DNA of 64,000 nt from the human T2T-CHM13v2.0 reference genome, Homo sapiens, in the NCBI RefSeq assembly GCF_009914755.1, contig NC_060928.1; one strand, given 5' to 3'. Under the pieces are notes generated by a model. That model was given only the letters and a program-made list of their open reading frames with translations, was not told where the DNA came from and made no database searches. Of this stretch, positions 36,885 through 51,189 are shown piece after piece (within the stretch, counting starts at the first letter, position 1; each line of letters starts with the position of its first letter). The position numbers and the translations under genes are program-made.

Positions 36885-37747
36885 TGTAGTGGTGGAGGAA
36901 GAGCTTCCTCTCTGTCCACTGAAGGCTCATTAAAAATAAACTGACAAAAGAAAAATTAATAAGAGAAAAAGATACACAAAATTTATTTAACATGCATAAA
37001 CACAGAAGCTCTACAAAGGGTATGAGACTAGAAGAGCACAGCGGCCTGAAGGTTACTGCGAAAATATTTTCTTTAGAGGGGAGAGATGTATTATAACCCA
37101 GAAGGCAGACATTATTTTGTAAATGGTTCTCTTTGGAAGCTGGATAGGACAAGATGAGTAGCAGGATTGCACAGGAACAAAATTTGTCTTATTATGCAGA
37201 CAAAGTCCCCCAGGTGAACTCTCAGGGCTGCCCTGATAAGAATAAATGAGGTCTTTCTGGGCATGGCAATGACTCCCAGACTTGTCTCTTCTCCAGTGGT
37301 TAATCTGTCTTGGTTATTTAATGAGTTTCCTAAGGAGAGAGGGTCTTTTTTCTTTCTTTCTTTTCTTTTTTTTTTTTTTTTTTTGAGACGGAGTCTCGCT
37401 CTGTCGCCCAGGCTAGAGTGCAGCGGCGCGGTCTAGGCTCACTGCAACCTCCACCTCTCAGGTTCAAGCGATTCTCTTGCCTCAGCCTCCAGAGTAGCTG
37501 GGACTATAGGCGAGGAGGGAGGGTCTTAAGACTATTGCATTTCTTTTGGAAAGAAGTTTTCTTAGGTAAGGAAATTCCTGAGAGAGTCCCTCTTAGTGCT
37601 TTGGGAAAGAGGATCAGAGAGAGGCAGGCAGGGCAAAGTCAGAGAGAAACCTTGGTTTTGAGACTTATTTCTGAACCCTTTCAATTTTCAAAGCAGTCAG
37701 CACGCCAAAGTGCCACATTTTAGAGAACTGTTTTTCACACCTCAATA
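36885..37747 (-). mobile_element. MER4-group (MER34-like) ERV1 LTR
   Basis: 'aaactgacaaaagaaaaattaataagagaaaaag...aatttatttaacatgca' and the end 'cagcacgccaaagtgccacattttagagaactgtttttcacacctcaata'. Confidence 0.6.
37349..37512 (-). mobile_element. 5'-truncated Alu (right-arm fragment)
   Basis: Poly-T followed by 'gagacggagtctcgctctgtcgccc...gtagctgggactataggcg'. Flanked by the imperfect TSD gagaggggtctt / gggagggtctt. Confidence 0.85.
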
Positions 37748-37749
37748 AT

Positions 37750-38030
37750 GCCACTTATCTTAAAGACTGAGCTCGGTTGTAACTATCTTCACGAGGCCTC
37801 TGTTACATTTCTTCAGAAAGTGTGCCATTTTGTGCATATCAGTATCATCACTTTTCTCACTTTATTGAAATTTTGTGTTCAGATGTCTATTTTTCCCCAC
37901 TAGACTATAAACTTTTCTGAGAAGAGCAATCTTGTTAGAGACAATTTTGTATTTCTAGGGCCTTATGTAATGTCTGGCATTTTAAAAGACACAGTTTGTA
38001 TTTGTTAAATTAATAAAAGAATGAATACCA
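37750..38030 (+). mobile_element. L2 3' end
   Basis: 'ccccactagactataaac...atgtctggcat...tttgttaaattaataaaagaatgaat'. Confidence 0.65.
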
Positions 38031-38784
38031 CATAAAGTGGCTTTTCTAATATTATAATACTAGTAGGTGGCAGAAAAGAAATTAGTTCTCTCTGAATAGT
38101 AAACTGACAATGATAAAGATTACCTTTTTAGAGAAAACCAATTTATATCAATACTTATTAAAATGCTTCCTTAAATTAAACTCATCAAACCCCAGATATT
38201 GATGGGAACAGAAGCAATTTTATTTCTGAACTATGAATAAACCCTTGATACTCTATCAGTTAAGGTGCATTCTACCTTGAAAGTACTTCCCTTTATTGGA
38301 AGTTGTTGTGTTCTTCTCCACTGAACAGCTTGCATCTCCCTGCACTTAGCCTTTGGCTTGCTTTGAAACTGGCTACATCAACATACCCAGTCTTCTTTTC
38401 AATTGAATAAATAGGTATTGGCTTATGGGAACCACCTAATACAGGGGTTGATTCTGCCAGGCCTTGCCTCTCGGGTGCACCTGATTCAAACTGAAAATCA
38501 AATTAAAAGCACAAAAGCGATAGCTCTTTTCCTGTCTATTCTCATAACTTTTCATGTCCAAAGAATAGAAATGTAATCCAAGAGTCAGAAATAATGAATT
38601 GTCTCTTGTTCTTCCTATATAATTTCTCTTTTCTCTCTCTTCTAACTCCTCCTTTGGCTACTTAATGATTCCATTTTCTACACAATGTGGTTATTCATCT
38701 GAGATCTGGCTGTTTCACTACAGTGAGAACTGGGAAAGTATGATTTTCACAAATAGGCTGAGGTATGATCTGTGTAGGGAAATA

Positions 38785-39005
38785 GGAAAATAATAATAAT
38801 CATTATAATTTATAATCACCTACTATATGCCACTTTCTCATGTATATTGTCTTAGTAATTCTACCATAACCCTGTAAGGTTATTTTTGCCAAATGAGAAT
38901 CAGGTTCAGGGAAATTCAGTAAATTTCCCAAGGCATATAGTTGGGCTGATATAAATGCAGGATGTGTGCCCCAGACACTTTGATTCCTGTGTCCATGCTT
39001 TTATC
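38785..39005 (-). mobile_element. MIR SINE
   Basis: 'cacctactatatgcca...aaatgagaatcaggttcagggaaattcagtaaatttcccaagg'. Confidence 0.65.
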
Positions 39006-39666
39006 CCATATTTCACTCTTTACATCAGGACTTAAGCCAGAACAAGCCCGTTCTATAAGACATCATGAGAGCATTTTAACCAAAAAGAGCCCAGTGTGCA
39101 GATGTGTTCTCTAGAAGAGTTAAAACATCCTTAGACTATTTTAACCCCTCAATAAAGTAAGTAAGGGGTATTTGGGAATGATCCCTTTTGGAAATTTATA
39201 GAATGTGTTTTCTATTTCTGTAGGCTCTACTTCTCTGTGCTAATGAAACTCATTTTGAATCACTTTGCACAATATCTTTTCTAATGGAATATCCAATAGT
39301 GTATAAGCTTAAGCTGTTAGAAATACGCCTACCATAAAATGTAACTTGATTATTTGTGTCATGCCATCTATAGTTATCAACATCCACCCCAAACAAATAC
39401 CACACACATTCCTTCTCTTTGTTGTCTGGATTATACTAAGTTACTTTCTGATTTTCTCACTCATTCTATCTTCCTTCAATAGTTTATATATTTCTTCTCA
39501 TAAACTCAAAGCAGGCTCTCTAAAGTCATTTTAAACATGTTAATTTGACCCAATAAGTTAATAGAAGTCTGACTTTGAATGTGAAAGGAAATTTTTTCCA
39601 ACTTTTTTGTAAATAACTTACGAACATCCTAGATTAATGACACCTTTTTATTCAAATGTTCTGCAC

Positions 39667-39935
39667 TTTTTTTTTTTTATTTTTTTGAGAAAGAGTCTTG
39701 CTCTGTCGCCCAGGCTGGAGTGCAATGGCATGATCTCCTCTCACTGCAACCTCCGCCTCCTAGGTTCACGCCATTCTCCTGCTTCAGCCTCCTAAGTAGC
39801 TGGGATTACAGATGCCCAGCTAATTTTTGTATTTTTAGTAGAGATAGGGTTACGCCATGTTGGTCAGGCTGGTCTCGAACTCCTGACCTTGTGGTCTGCC
39901 CACCTCGACCTCCCAAAGTGCCACCATGCCCGGCC
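39667..39935 (-). mobile_element. AluS with two small internal deletions
   Basis: Antisense Alu. 'gattacagatgcccagct' and 'aaagtgccaccatg' each lack consensus segments. TSD tctgcac. Confidence 0.88.
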
Positions 39936-40305
39936 TCTGCACATTTTTGAAGTGGGGTCAAAGGGAGTCTGGGAGAACCTGTTCATCACCATTGTTTGTA
40001 TTGCTTAGCTGGGGTCTTAGAGAGAGTGTGCCCCAAGTAGATTCAGGTAATGATCTATACAACTTCAGCTGGCGGATGAACTATCTAATTGAAAAACACC
40101 AGTGACTCGCCACCACCTAAATTTTGTCCCAACCTAATAAATGCATTGTATCACTAGTGAACTGTGGTTAGATGTCTGATTTTTCCACATTTCCTAACTA
40201 CCTGTCATTCCTGAACTTTTAATTATAATTGGTTATTACTAACTAACTGTACTAATTTTAACTTAATTGGATCTATTTTTAGGATTCAACTGAGATAATT
40301 TTCTT

Positions 40306-40644
<339 letters not shown>

Positions 40645-40949
40645 AATTTTCTTAATTTTTAAACTATATTCTCATTCTTGTTTCAAAAGAATACCTGCTC
40701 ATTTAAAAAATTTTAAAACATGAAAATATTTTGATTAAAAACTTAATATCCACCTCTAATGTCCTTGAAACATATTCACATGTAATAATAACAATTGATT
40801 AAACTCATTCCATTTGATTTTTCTATGAACAATCAAACACACACATGTGAGTGTATATGTGTGTGTGTTTGAACACACATGTGCATACATATATACTATG
40901 CAAATATGGTATCAACACTTTGTTGAACCCTTAGTAAATGTCAGGAATC

Positions 40950-41690
40950 ACATTATATCAAAGTGGTTATGGTTCCAGCCTGTGAAATTTGACAGCTTGG
41001 ATTCAAATTCTGATTCACTTTGGACTAGCTATATGACTGTTGGCTGGTTAACTATTTTATGCTTTCGATTTTTCATCTGTAAAATAGTAGTTATAACAAT
41101 GTCCACCTCTGAGGGCTATAGTGAGGTAAAGAGGAAATGTACTTGTAAAACATTTAGAATGATATCTGCCACTAAGTAAGTATTAGCTATCATAATTTTT
41201 ATCTCATGGAAGCCTATTGGGTACTAACGCCTCCCAAATAAGAATTCTTATTGTATTCATTTTGCTGATAAGAAAATTGGAGCTTAAAAAGTTTAAGAAA
41301 TTTCCCCAAGGTTACACACTAGTTAGAGATGTAACAAGAGATTAGCATGAGGAATCTGAAAACAAGGTCATCTTTTAACTTCAATACTATCTGAACTACA
41401 TTGTAAGATGCTATGACATACTCCAAATACATTCAGTGAATCACAGTGTTCTCGTACTTAACACTTTAACTTAAAATATAACAACAAAAGAACAGCTAAT
41501 TTATGTTGACTATTAATTATGTGGTAAGTGCTTTGCATGTGACATCTTATTAAAAAACAATTTTAAAAATGAAGAAAATGAGATGTAGGTTTAGATAGGT
41601 TAAGTACTTTTCTCACCATCATGCAGTAGGAAGCAGAGTCTGCAAAAGAACTCAGTTCTGCTGACATGAAAGTACATCTACTTAAGCTCT
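40950..41690. mobile_element. Cluster of MIR fragments (one +, two -)
   Basis: 'ttcatctgtaaaatagtag' (+, ~41070); 'ttttgctgataagaaaattggagc' (-, ~41260); 'aaatgaagaaaatgagatg...ggttaagtactt' (-, ~41570). Confidence 0.65.
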
Positions 41691-42104
41691 TTGATTTACT
41701 TCTACCATATGTTGGACATGTTTCTGTGTTAGAATCAATGAGTCTACTTAATTCTGTTTCATTGATGTTAAATGTATGGATGTTTTATAATTTATTTAAT
41801 CCATTCTCATACTGATGAACATTCGGTATTGTTGCCACTAAATACAAGGCTGTAAGAATCATTTATGCATTTGTTTCTTTCAAATTTTGCATGATTATTT
41901 TTGTAGGATAACTTCTAAAGAAAGAAAATACAGAGTTTAAAAGGTTAGAACTTGGAGTGGCCGAGTGGGGGAAATTGAAAAAAAAACACAAAACTTAGGA
42001 CTTAAACTGTTTTGTTTTATATAGTTTTACCAATTTTTCCAGACATCAATATTGTGTGAATAGCTCAAGGTTATATAAATGTGGAAATAGTATTTCTCCA
42101 TGTT

Positions 42105-43225
42105 TTTAGGTTGGGTTCTCTGGGTGTAGTCTGAAATAGGTTTGTGCAATGTATTGGAAGAGTGCTCTCAGGAGAAAGAATGAGGAAGCAGGGCAGAGCA
42201 GGGAAAACAGTAAGTTTTCCTCAGTCTGCTTCCAAGAGGAACTCTACATTTTCAGTCCACCAGTCCTTGACTGCAAACTGCAACCTCAGTAAGTGGGTGA
42301 GAGGTACAAGGGATCTCCTTTGGTTGTGTTATTCTCTGGAGAATGGGAGAGTTCTGAGCCTTGGAAACTCAAATGCTGAGCAGTTGGGGTGTGGTGACAT
42401 TGTCTGATAAAGGGAATATAGGAGGTCACCAACAAAATCCACTATAATTCATACTACACAATGCATAGACCCATTTAGGTCTAACAGTACATTTACTGTG
42501 GCCAGGCATAGTTTTGGGGGATTTTGGTTGGTCCCAATTTCGGAGAAAACTTACAAGACATGAATTGGGAGATGCTATAATTGTTCTGGGGGCTCTAAGT
42601 AATATTCATCATCTCTCTCCTTCAGAATTCTTTCTAGATTGCCCTCCCTTTCAGCAAGCACTTTTGCAGGTCTTGGTGGTTTACATGGTGGGGGACCCAT
42701 ATAATCATGTGAATGGAGACTAAACTCATTTTTACAAAGCCATTATCAGGCCTTGGTTGCTCTTCTTATTCCTTTTTGGCTTAATTCAGGTTGTGGATAT
42801 GAAGAGATATGTGGGAAGATCACCAGAGTTCCAAACTCCTCCTTGCCCCAGTTATGTAATGGCAGCCTACTTCCCCTTAATGATGAGGGCCATTTATTTC
42901 TGCTTGCTGGTCTACTGGAGCAAAGAACCCAATGAGAACAGGGGGCTGCAACAGCTGTAAGCTTACAGATTCTCTTATCTTTCAGTGGCTATGTCTATTC
43001 TGTGGGACTCAAGACTCTAGATACTGAGTCTTGTGAGGACAGAAAGCACAATTCCCCAAGCACAGCATTATGATTGATGGTAAGCAAGGCAAACCCTGCT
43101 TTTTACCCACTTGTCCCTGAATCCATTCAGTCTTCCTAGTGGTCACACAGAACAATATAGTCGCCATTGATTTAGGGTTCATGCTGCATCTTGAAATATA
43201 TTACCTCATTTTCATGTGCTATCAT
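42105..43225 (-). mobile_element. LTR16-like LTR plus ERVL (ERV3-16A3-like) internal remnant
   Basis: 'taggttgggttctctggg...gaagagtgctctcaggagaaag...gaagcagggcagagcaggg' followed by ERVL-like internal sequence. Confidence 0.5.
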
Positions 43226-43596
43226 TGTATTAGTCCACTCTTACATTGCTATAAAGAACTGCCTGAAACTGAGTAATTTATGAAGAAAAGAGGTTTCATT
43301 GACTCACATTTCCACAGGCTGTACAGGAAGCATGGCTGCGGGGCCCTCAGGAAATTTACAATCATGAGGAAAGGGTGAAGGGAAAGTAGGCATGTCTTCA
43401 CATGGCAGCAGGATAGAGAGAGAGAGAGAGAGAGCAAAGGGGGAAGTGGTACACACTTTTAAACAACCAGATCTCATGGTAACTCACTCACTATCATGAG
43501 AACAGCAAAGGAGAAACAAGCCCCCATGATCCAATCACCTCCCACCAGGTCCCTCCCCAACATTGTGATTTATGATTCGACATGAGATTTGGGATG
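43226..43596 (-). mobile_element. MSTA-like MaLR LTR
   Basis: 'tgtattagtccactcttacattgctataaagaac...aggctgtacaggaagcatggc...cccccatgatccaatcacctcccaccagg'. Confidence 0.88.
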
Positions 43597-44068
43597 CTAA
43601 AGGTGGTGGAAGCAGTATCTGAATTGACTGTCTCCCCTCTTGATTGATGGTTCTGCAGAAAGTATATCTTTACAACAGTCAGAACAAAAGAACAGAGTTT
43701 GCATATAACACTATTTAATGGAGAGGTTATTGGTAACAAATATGAGACACCCTGTTGGGACTGCCAAAAATAACTGGATGGAAAAACTTTCAATAGCTTA
43801 CCTAGATTTCCAGAAATTTTTGGTGGTGATAAGAGCTCCCAATATACTGTTTTTGTTAATGTAACTCAATTGAAACTTTACATATAGTCTAGAAATGAAT
43901 TGATATTTTTGTTTGCTTAGGGATATGAAAGTATTTAAAGTAAACTCAAAACAAATTTTGTTTTCTCAGTAGTTGTGAGGAGGGAACCCTGTTCATGCTC
44001 ACAGGCTCGACTGGGAAAACAGTGCATTGCAATGATGTTTTCAAAATCAATTCAGAAAAAACAAAATA

Positions 44069-44409
44069 CAGTCAGCCTTTGTATCTGTGGGTTCTGTATC
44101 CATGGGTTTAACCAATTATGGATCAATTTTTTTTTTAATTGCTGGTTCTGTTTTTACTGAAGATGTACAGACATTTTTCTTCTCATTATTCTATAAATGA
44201 TATAGCATAACAACTATTTACATAGCATTTATATTGTATTAGTTAATATTACTGTAAGTAATCTAGAGATGGCTTACAGTATACTGGAAAATGTGCATAG
44301 GTTATATGCAAATGCTACACCATTTTAGATCAGGGACTTGAATATCTATGTATTTTGGTATCCACAACAGGCCCTGGAACCAATTTCTCATATCCATGGG
44401 AGCTGACTG
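44069..44409 (-). mobile_element. MER2 MITE
   Basis: 'cagtcagcctttgtatctgtgggttctgtatcc...ttttggtatccac...ctggaaccaat...gactg'. Confidence 0.85.
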
Positions 44410-46747
44410 GGAGGTGAGTGTATAAATATTCTTGATTTGAAAATATTATCAAAAGTTATTCTGAAATCTAACAGCTGTAAACTTGAGCCATTGGTAATGA
44501 GACATGGAAAATAGTATAGGAGTTTAAACTACCACTATTCTGGGGACAGTCAATTTGGAAAACATGAATCAAAGAAATGTTAAATGTTCTTTGACAGTGC
44601 ACGTGTCATTTGTTAGAGGAAAAATGTCACATATTTATTGAAATTTATTATTAGCAGGTTAACATGTTTAATTTATGATTTATTATTTTTTGTGAGACAT
44701 ATAAATTGTAATTGATTTTCTTATGCAATCTGAAATGATATCAATATTACTACAAAATGTCAATAGCAAAGGAGTTATTGAAATCTTCTAAATATTATAC
44801 TGCTAAATTTTGCTAAGCATGTTATAGTAATTCAGGAAAAGGTAGATGTTTTCACCATAAAAATCAAATTTTGGGCACATTAAAGTTCTACTCTTTACTT
44901 GATATTACAGTACAATACCCAGGACTATACTTAAGGGACATTCTACTGACTTTCACCAAAATATATTTAAAAGAGTAGAAATAACAAGTCGCTGTATTTC
45001 TAGAGTTAATATCAGATAAATCATTTTAGTAAAGACAATTTAAAATATAAAAACCTTTTTCACATTAAATACACATGAGAATATAAGAGGAATAAAATCA
45101 TCTCACTTTTTCTGTCACCCTTGGACTATAGAGAAAAAAGATTTTTAGCAACAGTACAAATAATAGATTGGAAGGGAGAGACTGGTTAGAAAATAACTTT
45201 GAGTCTTAAGTGAAAAATAATGGGAGAGATTGCTGGAAGAGAAAATAAAATTAAGAATATTTGGTTTTCATAATGAGAATCTACCTTCTATTGCAAAGTT
45301 GTCAGAGCTCACTCTGATAAGTGATGGGATATATTAGCTTGTGAATTATGTTTGGTGATAGGTCTATCTGAGCTTCAAGTTCTTGGACCTTCCTTCCTAA
45401 CCTTCCTAAAAAGGAAGCACTAGATGTGTCACAACCATGTCACTATGAAATGACTTCCAAAGAGCATCATAACCCTTTTCAAAAACCTTAAACCTACTTA
45501 TAGTCATTGATCCTCACCTGCCCATAGCAGGTGCTAATACTTTGGCGATTTGGCCCCAATTTTTGTAAACACATCATTAAAATGTCAACTTCTACAGCTA
45601 TGAAAGTTAATCGGTAAGCTTTCACTGAAGCTCTTTCTTCAAATTACTGATTTATAGGTAACCAGAATTTTTGTAAGAAAAAAATATTTGTATTTAGGAG
45701 CAGCTTCTCCTATTAAACATTAAGATAAAAACTCTTTGAGGAGGTAACAATAATATTATCTACAAATGTCATATATATCAACACATGCTTAGCCAAAGTA
45801 CTGATCTATCTTATCCTTTTAGCCTAGAAATGAGGTGATACTTTTATCTGCTTATGTAGATGACACCATCTGCTCAATTTACCTAAGAGCTTTTCCTCAT
45901 TACTGATATATTGAAGAGGTATAATGTACCTGTAACAGTCAAGGTTGACTCCAATAGACCTTTCAGTTCTCATAGTTCTTCCTGGACCTTCTCGTGCTGT
46001 CCAGTGGTGATTTTCTTTCCTACCAGAGGAATTTTTTGTAGGGTGCCTCCAGAAGATTAAGTTTCATCTTTTGGAATGTAGCTAGTTGAATTCCCAAAGG
46101 AAATAATTCGTTGTGCTAGCATATTAGTGGAATTATTTTGGCAGACATAAGGGAAGATTGATTACTGTTTGTCAATTTTAAGTGAGCTGCTCCTAAGCTT
46201 TTAGGAACATTGTATAAGGGGTATACACCTGCAGCATGTATATTTATTTAGATATTTTAAATATTATTCCTGAGATTAATATGAAATTTGTCTATGAAAC
46301 AGCTTTAATTTGGCTTCTTTTAGAGTTTACTGATTTATGATATGCCGTATGCTATCAGCTTGCAGTGATGAAGGCTTTGACAAATAGTTTTATGAGAATC
46401 AGAACTTATAAGAATCAAAATTATAGTTATGGTAGAGATGTAGTTGAGAATATACTCTAATCCTCTAGTATACTCTTCAGGAGACATCTGAAATATGCCT
46501 TTTCCCTTCAGTCTAGTATCAGGAAGAACTATCTTGATTAATGTTTTGATTTTATGTTTGGACATTTTAATTACTTTATCTAATCTCCTTTTTCCTTTTT
46601 TTTCTCACTAAGAAATCTGAGCCAAATATTTTGGTCACCTCTAATACATATAAAGGAAATTACATGATGCAATTTTATGTGCCAGTATTTCTATTGTTTC
46701 TTTTGCTTACCCATATATTCCCTTTGTCCAACTTTCAAAACAATTTA

Positions 46748-47775
46748 TAGTCACATGTCACTTATTAGAAAATGTATATTTTGAGAAATGCATCCTTAGG
46801 CAATTTGTCATTGTGTGAACATCATAAAATGCGCTTACACAAATCCAGATGGTATAACCTACTGTATACCTAGGCTATATGGTATAGCCTATTGCTGCTA
46901 GGCTACAAATCTGTAGAGCACTTTACTGTACAGAATACTGTACATTTGTGTATCCAAACATATCTAAAATATAAAGAAGGTACAGTAAAAATATGTCACA
47001 AAAGATTAAAATGGCATACCTGTAAAGAGAACTGACCATGAACGCAACTTGCAGGGCTTGAAGTTGCTCTGGACAAGTCAGTGAGTGAGTCGTGAGTTAA
47101 TGTGAAGGCTTGTGACATTATTATACACTACTGTAGACTTGCTAAACAATGTACACTTAAGCTACACAAAATTTATATAAAATAGCTGTTTATTCGATAA
47201 TAAATTAACCATATCTTACTGTAATTTTTTTACTTTATAAACTTTTAATTTTTAAAACTATTTGCCTCTTTTGTAATCACACATAGCTTAAAACACAAAC
47301 ACAAAGTACAGGTGTACAAATTTTTTTCTTCATGCTCATATTCTATAATCTTTTATCTATTTTTAATTTTTTTATGTTTTGGTTTTTAAACTTTTCTTTT
47401 TTGCTAAAAATGAAGTCACAAACACAAACATTAGCGTAGGCCTACACAAAGTCAAGATTATCAATATTGCTGTTTTCCACCTCCACATCTTGTTCCACTG
47501 GAAACTCTTCAGGGACAATAACACGTATGGGGCTCTCAGCTATGATAACAATGCCTTCTTCTGGATATCTCCGGCAGGACCTGCCTGAGACTGTTTTATT
47601 GGTAGCATTTTTTTTTTATAAGTAGAAGGAGTACACTCTAATATATTGATAAGAAGTACAAAACAGTAAATACTAGGCAATAGGAAATTTTAGTAGCTCC
47701 ATTATAATCTTATGACACCACCATTGTACATACAGTCTGTCGTTGACTGAAACTTCATCATGTGGCACAGGACTG
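46748..47775 (+). mobile_element. Tigger3b (MER7-type) non-autonomous DNA transposon
   Basis: 'gagaaatgcatccttaggcaattt...cctaggctatatggtatagcctattgctgctaggctacaaa' and the 3' end 'cgttgactgaaacttcatcatgtggcacaggactg'. Confidence 0.85.
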
Positions 47776-48769
47776 CATTTGTTTTTACTATGTTATGTAT
47801 TTTTAGAAATGGTCTTAAATTTTTTTGTGGAATAAGATTGAGAATGAACTGTTTTTAATACAGTTATACTAACAGTTTTTGCAGCTGCAATACTTGGCAT
47901 TTAAGTATTTTTATTTAATAGACAAAAGTTTTCACATGGTTTTATTGTTTTCATTTGCATTCTTTTGATTTTCAGTGATTTTATTTTTTATTTGTTTTTC
48001 TTTTTATTTGAGCTTTTGGTTTATGCTCTTTTATAATTCAGTTGTTATATATACTAGATAGGTAGGTAGGTAGGTAGAATAAAGAAAGATATGGCTAATT
48101 CGAACACTATGCATTTATCTTACTTGATGAAATATAGTTCCACTGATATTTATTTATTTTTAATACTAATTTTCATTGGACAACAGGTTTATATTTCTAT
48201 GCAAAAAATACTTTCCCATGTTAGCTTTTCTATGAATGCTGACTTCTTTAAGACGATTTCTTAATGATAGGCAAACACTATGAGTGTTTAAAAATTGAAA
48301 CCAATATTAAATTAAAAACCTGATGCTTATAGTATTCTGCTGTTCCATGAATTCAAATTTCTGTGCATAATCAATAAAAATTGCCAGTAGACAACTGCTC
48401 TAGTCTACAATTTTTAAATGGAATACTGCTGTAGCAATGGTACTGGGTTGAAAAAAATCAGTATGACTGAATACATGGAGTTAAAATGGCTACCATTTCA
48501 TAAATGTTAAAGTCAATAAAATCCCCATAAAAAACCCAATGTTATATTAAGTATACACAAATTTATGATGATGGATCTGCTGTGTCTTCAAAGGAAATAT
48601 AAATGTACTACTTCAATGGAATGAGTCTTGTATACTCTAATATAGGGTGTCTGTGTTTTCTTTGATTTGTTAGTATGAGTAATCTTAATTAAGGCCCATA
48701 AAAACATATGGACATAAAATAGATTTGTATGACTGAATGATTCTATATTCATGACTAATCTTTTGCCCA

Positions 48770-51189
48770 TGACTTGAAATCAACTTCCTTGCACAAAACC
48801 AACTTTCCAGCCATGTTATCTGCAGTTAGAAGAAATAATGCATCTAACGTGACAAACTTATTCTTTACAAGAGTTCTAACAAATAGTGCCAAAATATTCC
48901 CCTAACAATATAGGCTTCCCTTGCTAGTATGTATTTTTGTTAAGTAACTTGTAGATTGTACATCTTCAATGACATAAGTTTTACAATCCTAAGCATATAG
49001 ACTGAGAGTTAGATCTTCCCCAGGCACCCTAGTTAAAGCAAAACTCCCAACTCTCAACTAGCTCTGACAAACAAAAAGATAAAAGGTGAAGATTTGCTCT
49101 TGCACATTTACAATATAGGCTCTCAATTAGCTTCAACAACTGCTGAAATATACCAATTAGCAAGGCTTCATGGACTTAATCCATACTGGATTTGGGAATC
49201 CTACTGAATTTGAACATATTCTCCCCTGTAATCTTAGGGGGACTACTAAATATAAAATAGAGGGCAAATAAATATGCCTTATTGCATTTTCTAAATTTTC
49301 CATAGTGATAGCACCCATTGTTCTAAAACATCTCATAGCAGGCCCTGTTGCTCTGACTTAATGATTACATTAAAATTAAATTGAATCTTTGGCTCTTACA
49401 AATGGCCTTGACAAAATGGGAACCCACAGACCCCTGCCACCAGTTAAAATAGTTAATATAACCCAATGTAAGTTAAAACAAGCATTCAAGAATTGAAACT
49501 TATTATATTAGATACAATAAATACAAGGAAGAGTATATAATTTCTCCATCTGATAGTTTAGTTTGGCCTTTTCTTAAACTTAAAAAAGATTAAATAGCTA
49601 CTCAAGGTGAATTACACAATGCTATGGTTCCATCCATTTACACACTCTACAGTCAATACCCAATATTGTTAAAAACTTAGACTATAATCACCAGAATCTC
49701 TTTGCCACAAGATGAAACCACATCTATGACTGCTGGAATAACATACTTGCAGGATGGATGGCATCTCATATCCTTACTCAGTCCATTGTCTGAGGCCACA
49801 GAGCTAGAAGAGGCTACTCCTCTCACAGACTCGTTGGCTACCTGAACATTGCCTGTGGGGTTAACTGAGTGAACAGCAGTGGAAGTTCATAGACTTTACA
49901 GATAGGGTTGATTGCCATCATTGAATGTGATGGAACTTAGTGGAATGTTGCTGTTTTCTATCTTTTAATGTGGATGTTCCTGATAAAGAAGGAAACCCTA
50001 GAGTTAGCACAATTGGACAAATATCAGACAGTCACTATAGTTCTGGATGCCCTGGTTAACGACTGGTCTTATCTGCCTGTTTTTGCCAAACACTGGGCCC
50101 CTGCCAATGATCTGGTTGTTTTGTTTGGCCAGTGGCTGCAACAATTTGTGTCTAAATTTGCCCCCTTTGGAGTAAAAAACTCCAGGAATCTCTTGCCTCA
50201 CAGATACTCCAAATATAATTAAAAGTAATATATGCTAAGGCCACAATACAAGGCATCACCAGGATGTTCTATTCTCTTTGGAGTTCTAGATATTACTAAC
50301 AGTAACCAAGATACTTACTCTACTTCTCAAAATATATTATGCTGAGCTCTTGAAGAAAGCATTCAATGGAAATTCCCTCTCTATTGCAGGTTCTAAATTG
50401 CTGGTCTTCATAAAGAGGCCCATCGACCTCCTCATACCTATTAAGTTTCAAAATGGCAAATAAACCCTCGTTTGTATCATTTTTATCACAGACATCAGTT
50501 AGCCTAAATTTATGCTTACCAAGGATAACACATTCCTTACATCAATGCCATAGAGGTTCCTCAATTGCCTTTATCGGCCATAAAGGGGACATCTCTAAAG
50601 TTCAAATTTTCAACAACCATCTCACCATGTGGCCCTCCCAGTTAAGCGTCTGCTGCACTTCCTAGGGAGGTACTTCCTACTAAAAATATTAGCCATCACT
50701 AACGTGGATATTTGATGGGATGGAATTAAGTGGTCAATTGTAAATACATGGCCTAAAATTTCATCTGTTGTCTCAACGTCTTGGACCTCACAGGGCCCTA
50801 AGGACATTTGCTCTCCTCAGATATGTCACCTATCCAGTGGGAAAGTTTCTCTACCTGACTAGTTTTCATATTAGCTGAACTAACTGCATTCACCCAACTT
50901 CTATCTAATGGGTTTCATATTGTCTGCTAGATGAGGAGCACTCTAACCTCTTCTAAAAAGACTGCCTCCCATAGCCCCTGCTTGTTCACTTTGCTCCAGA
51001 ATGCAATGACTTTGTGGCTCTGTGAGGTATGCAATGTCTCCTTCTTTCTCAGGTTATGAGTATATGTGACTAACAGACTGCTATTAATCTCATTTGTCCC
51101 ATGTCAAGTGTTGTGTGTTTTCCATTTCACCCTATTCAGGGTGGGGATGCTTCCCTCAGCAGTGAGATAAATAGGAGGTGATCAGAACA
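48770..51189 (+). mobile_element. HERVL40-like internal remnant plus LTR40-like 3' LTR
   Basis: Protease/RT-like remnants at 49180-49680. The LTR (~50700-51189) ends 'aataggaggtgatcagaaca'. Confidence 0.55.

Noticed and set aside
46871-46891. Palindrome 'taggctatatggtatagccta'
   Set aside because: Part of the Tigger3/MER7 consensus, not a local event.
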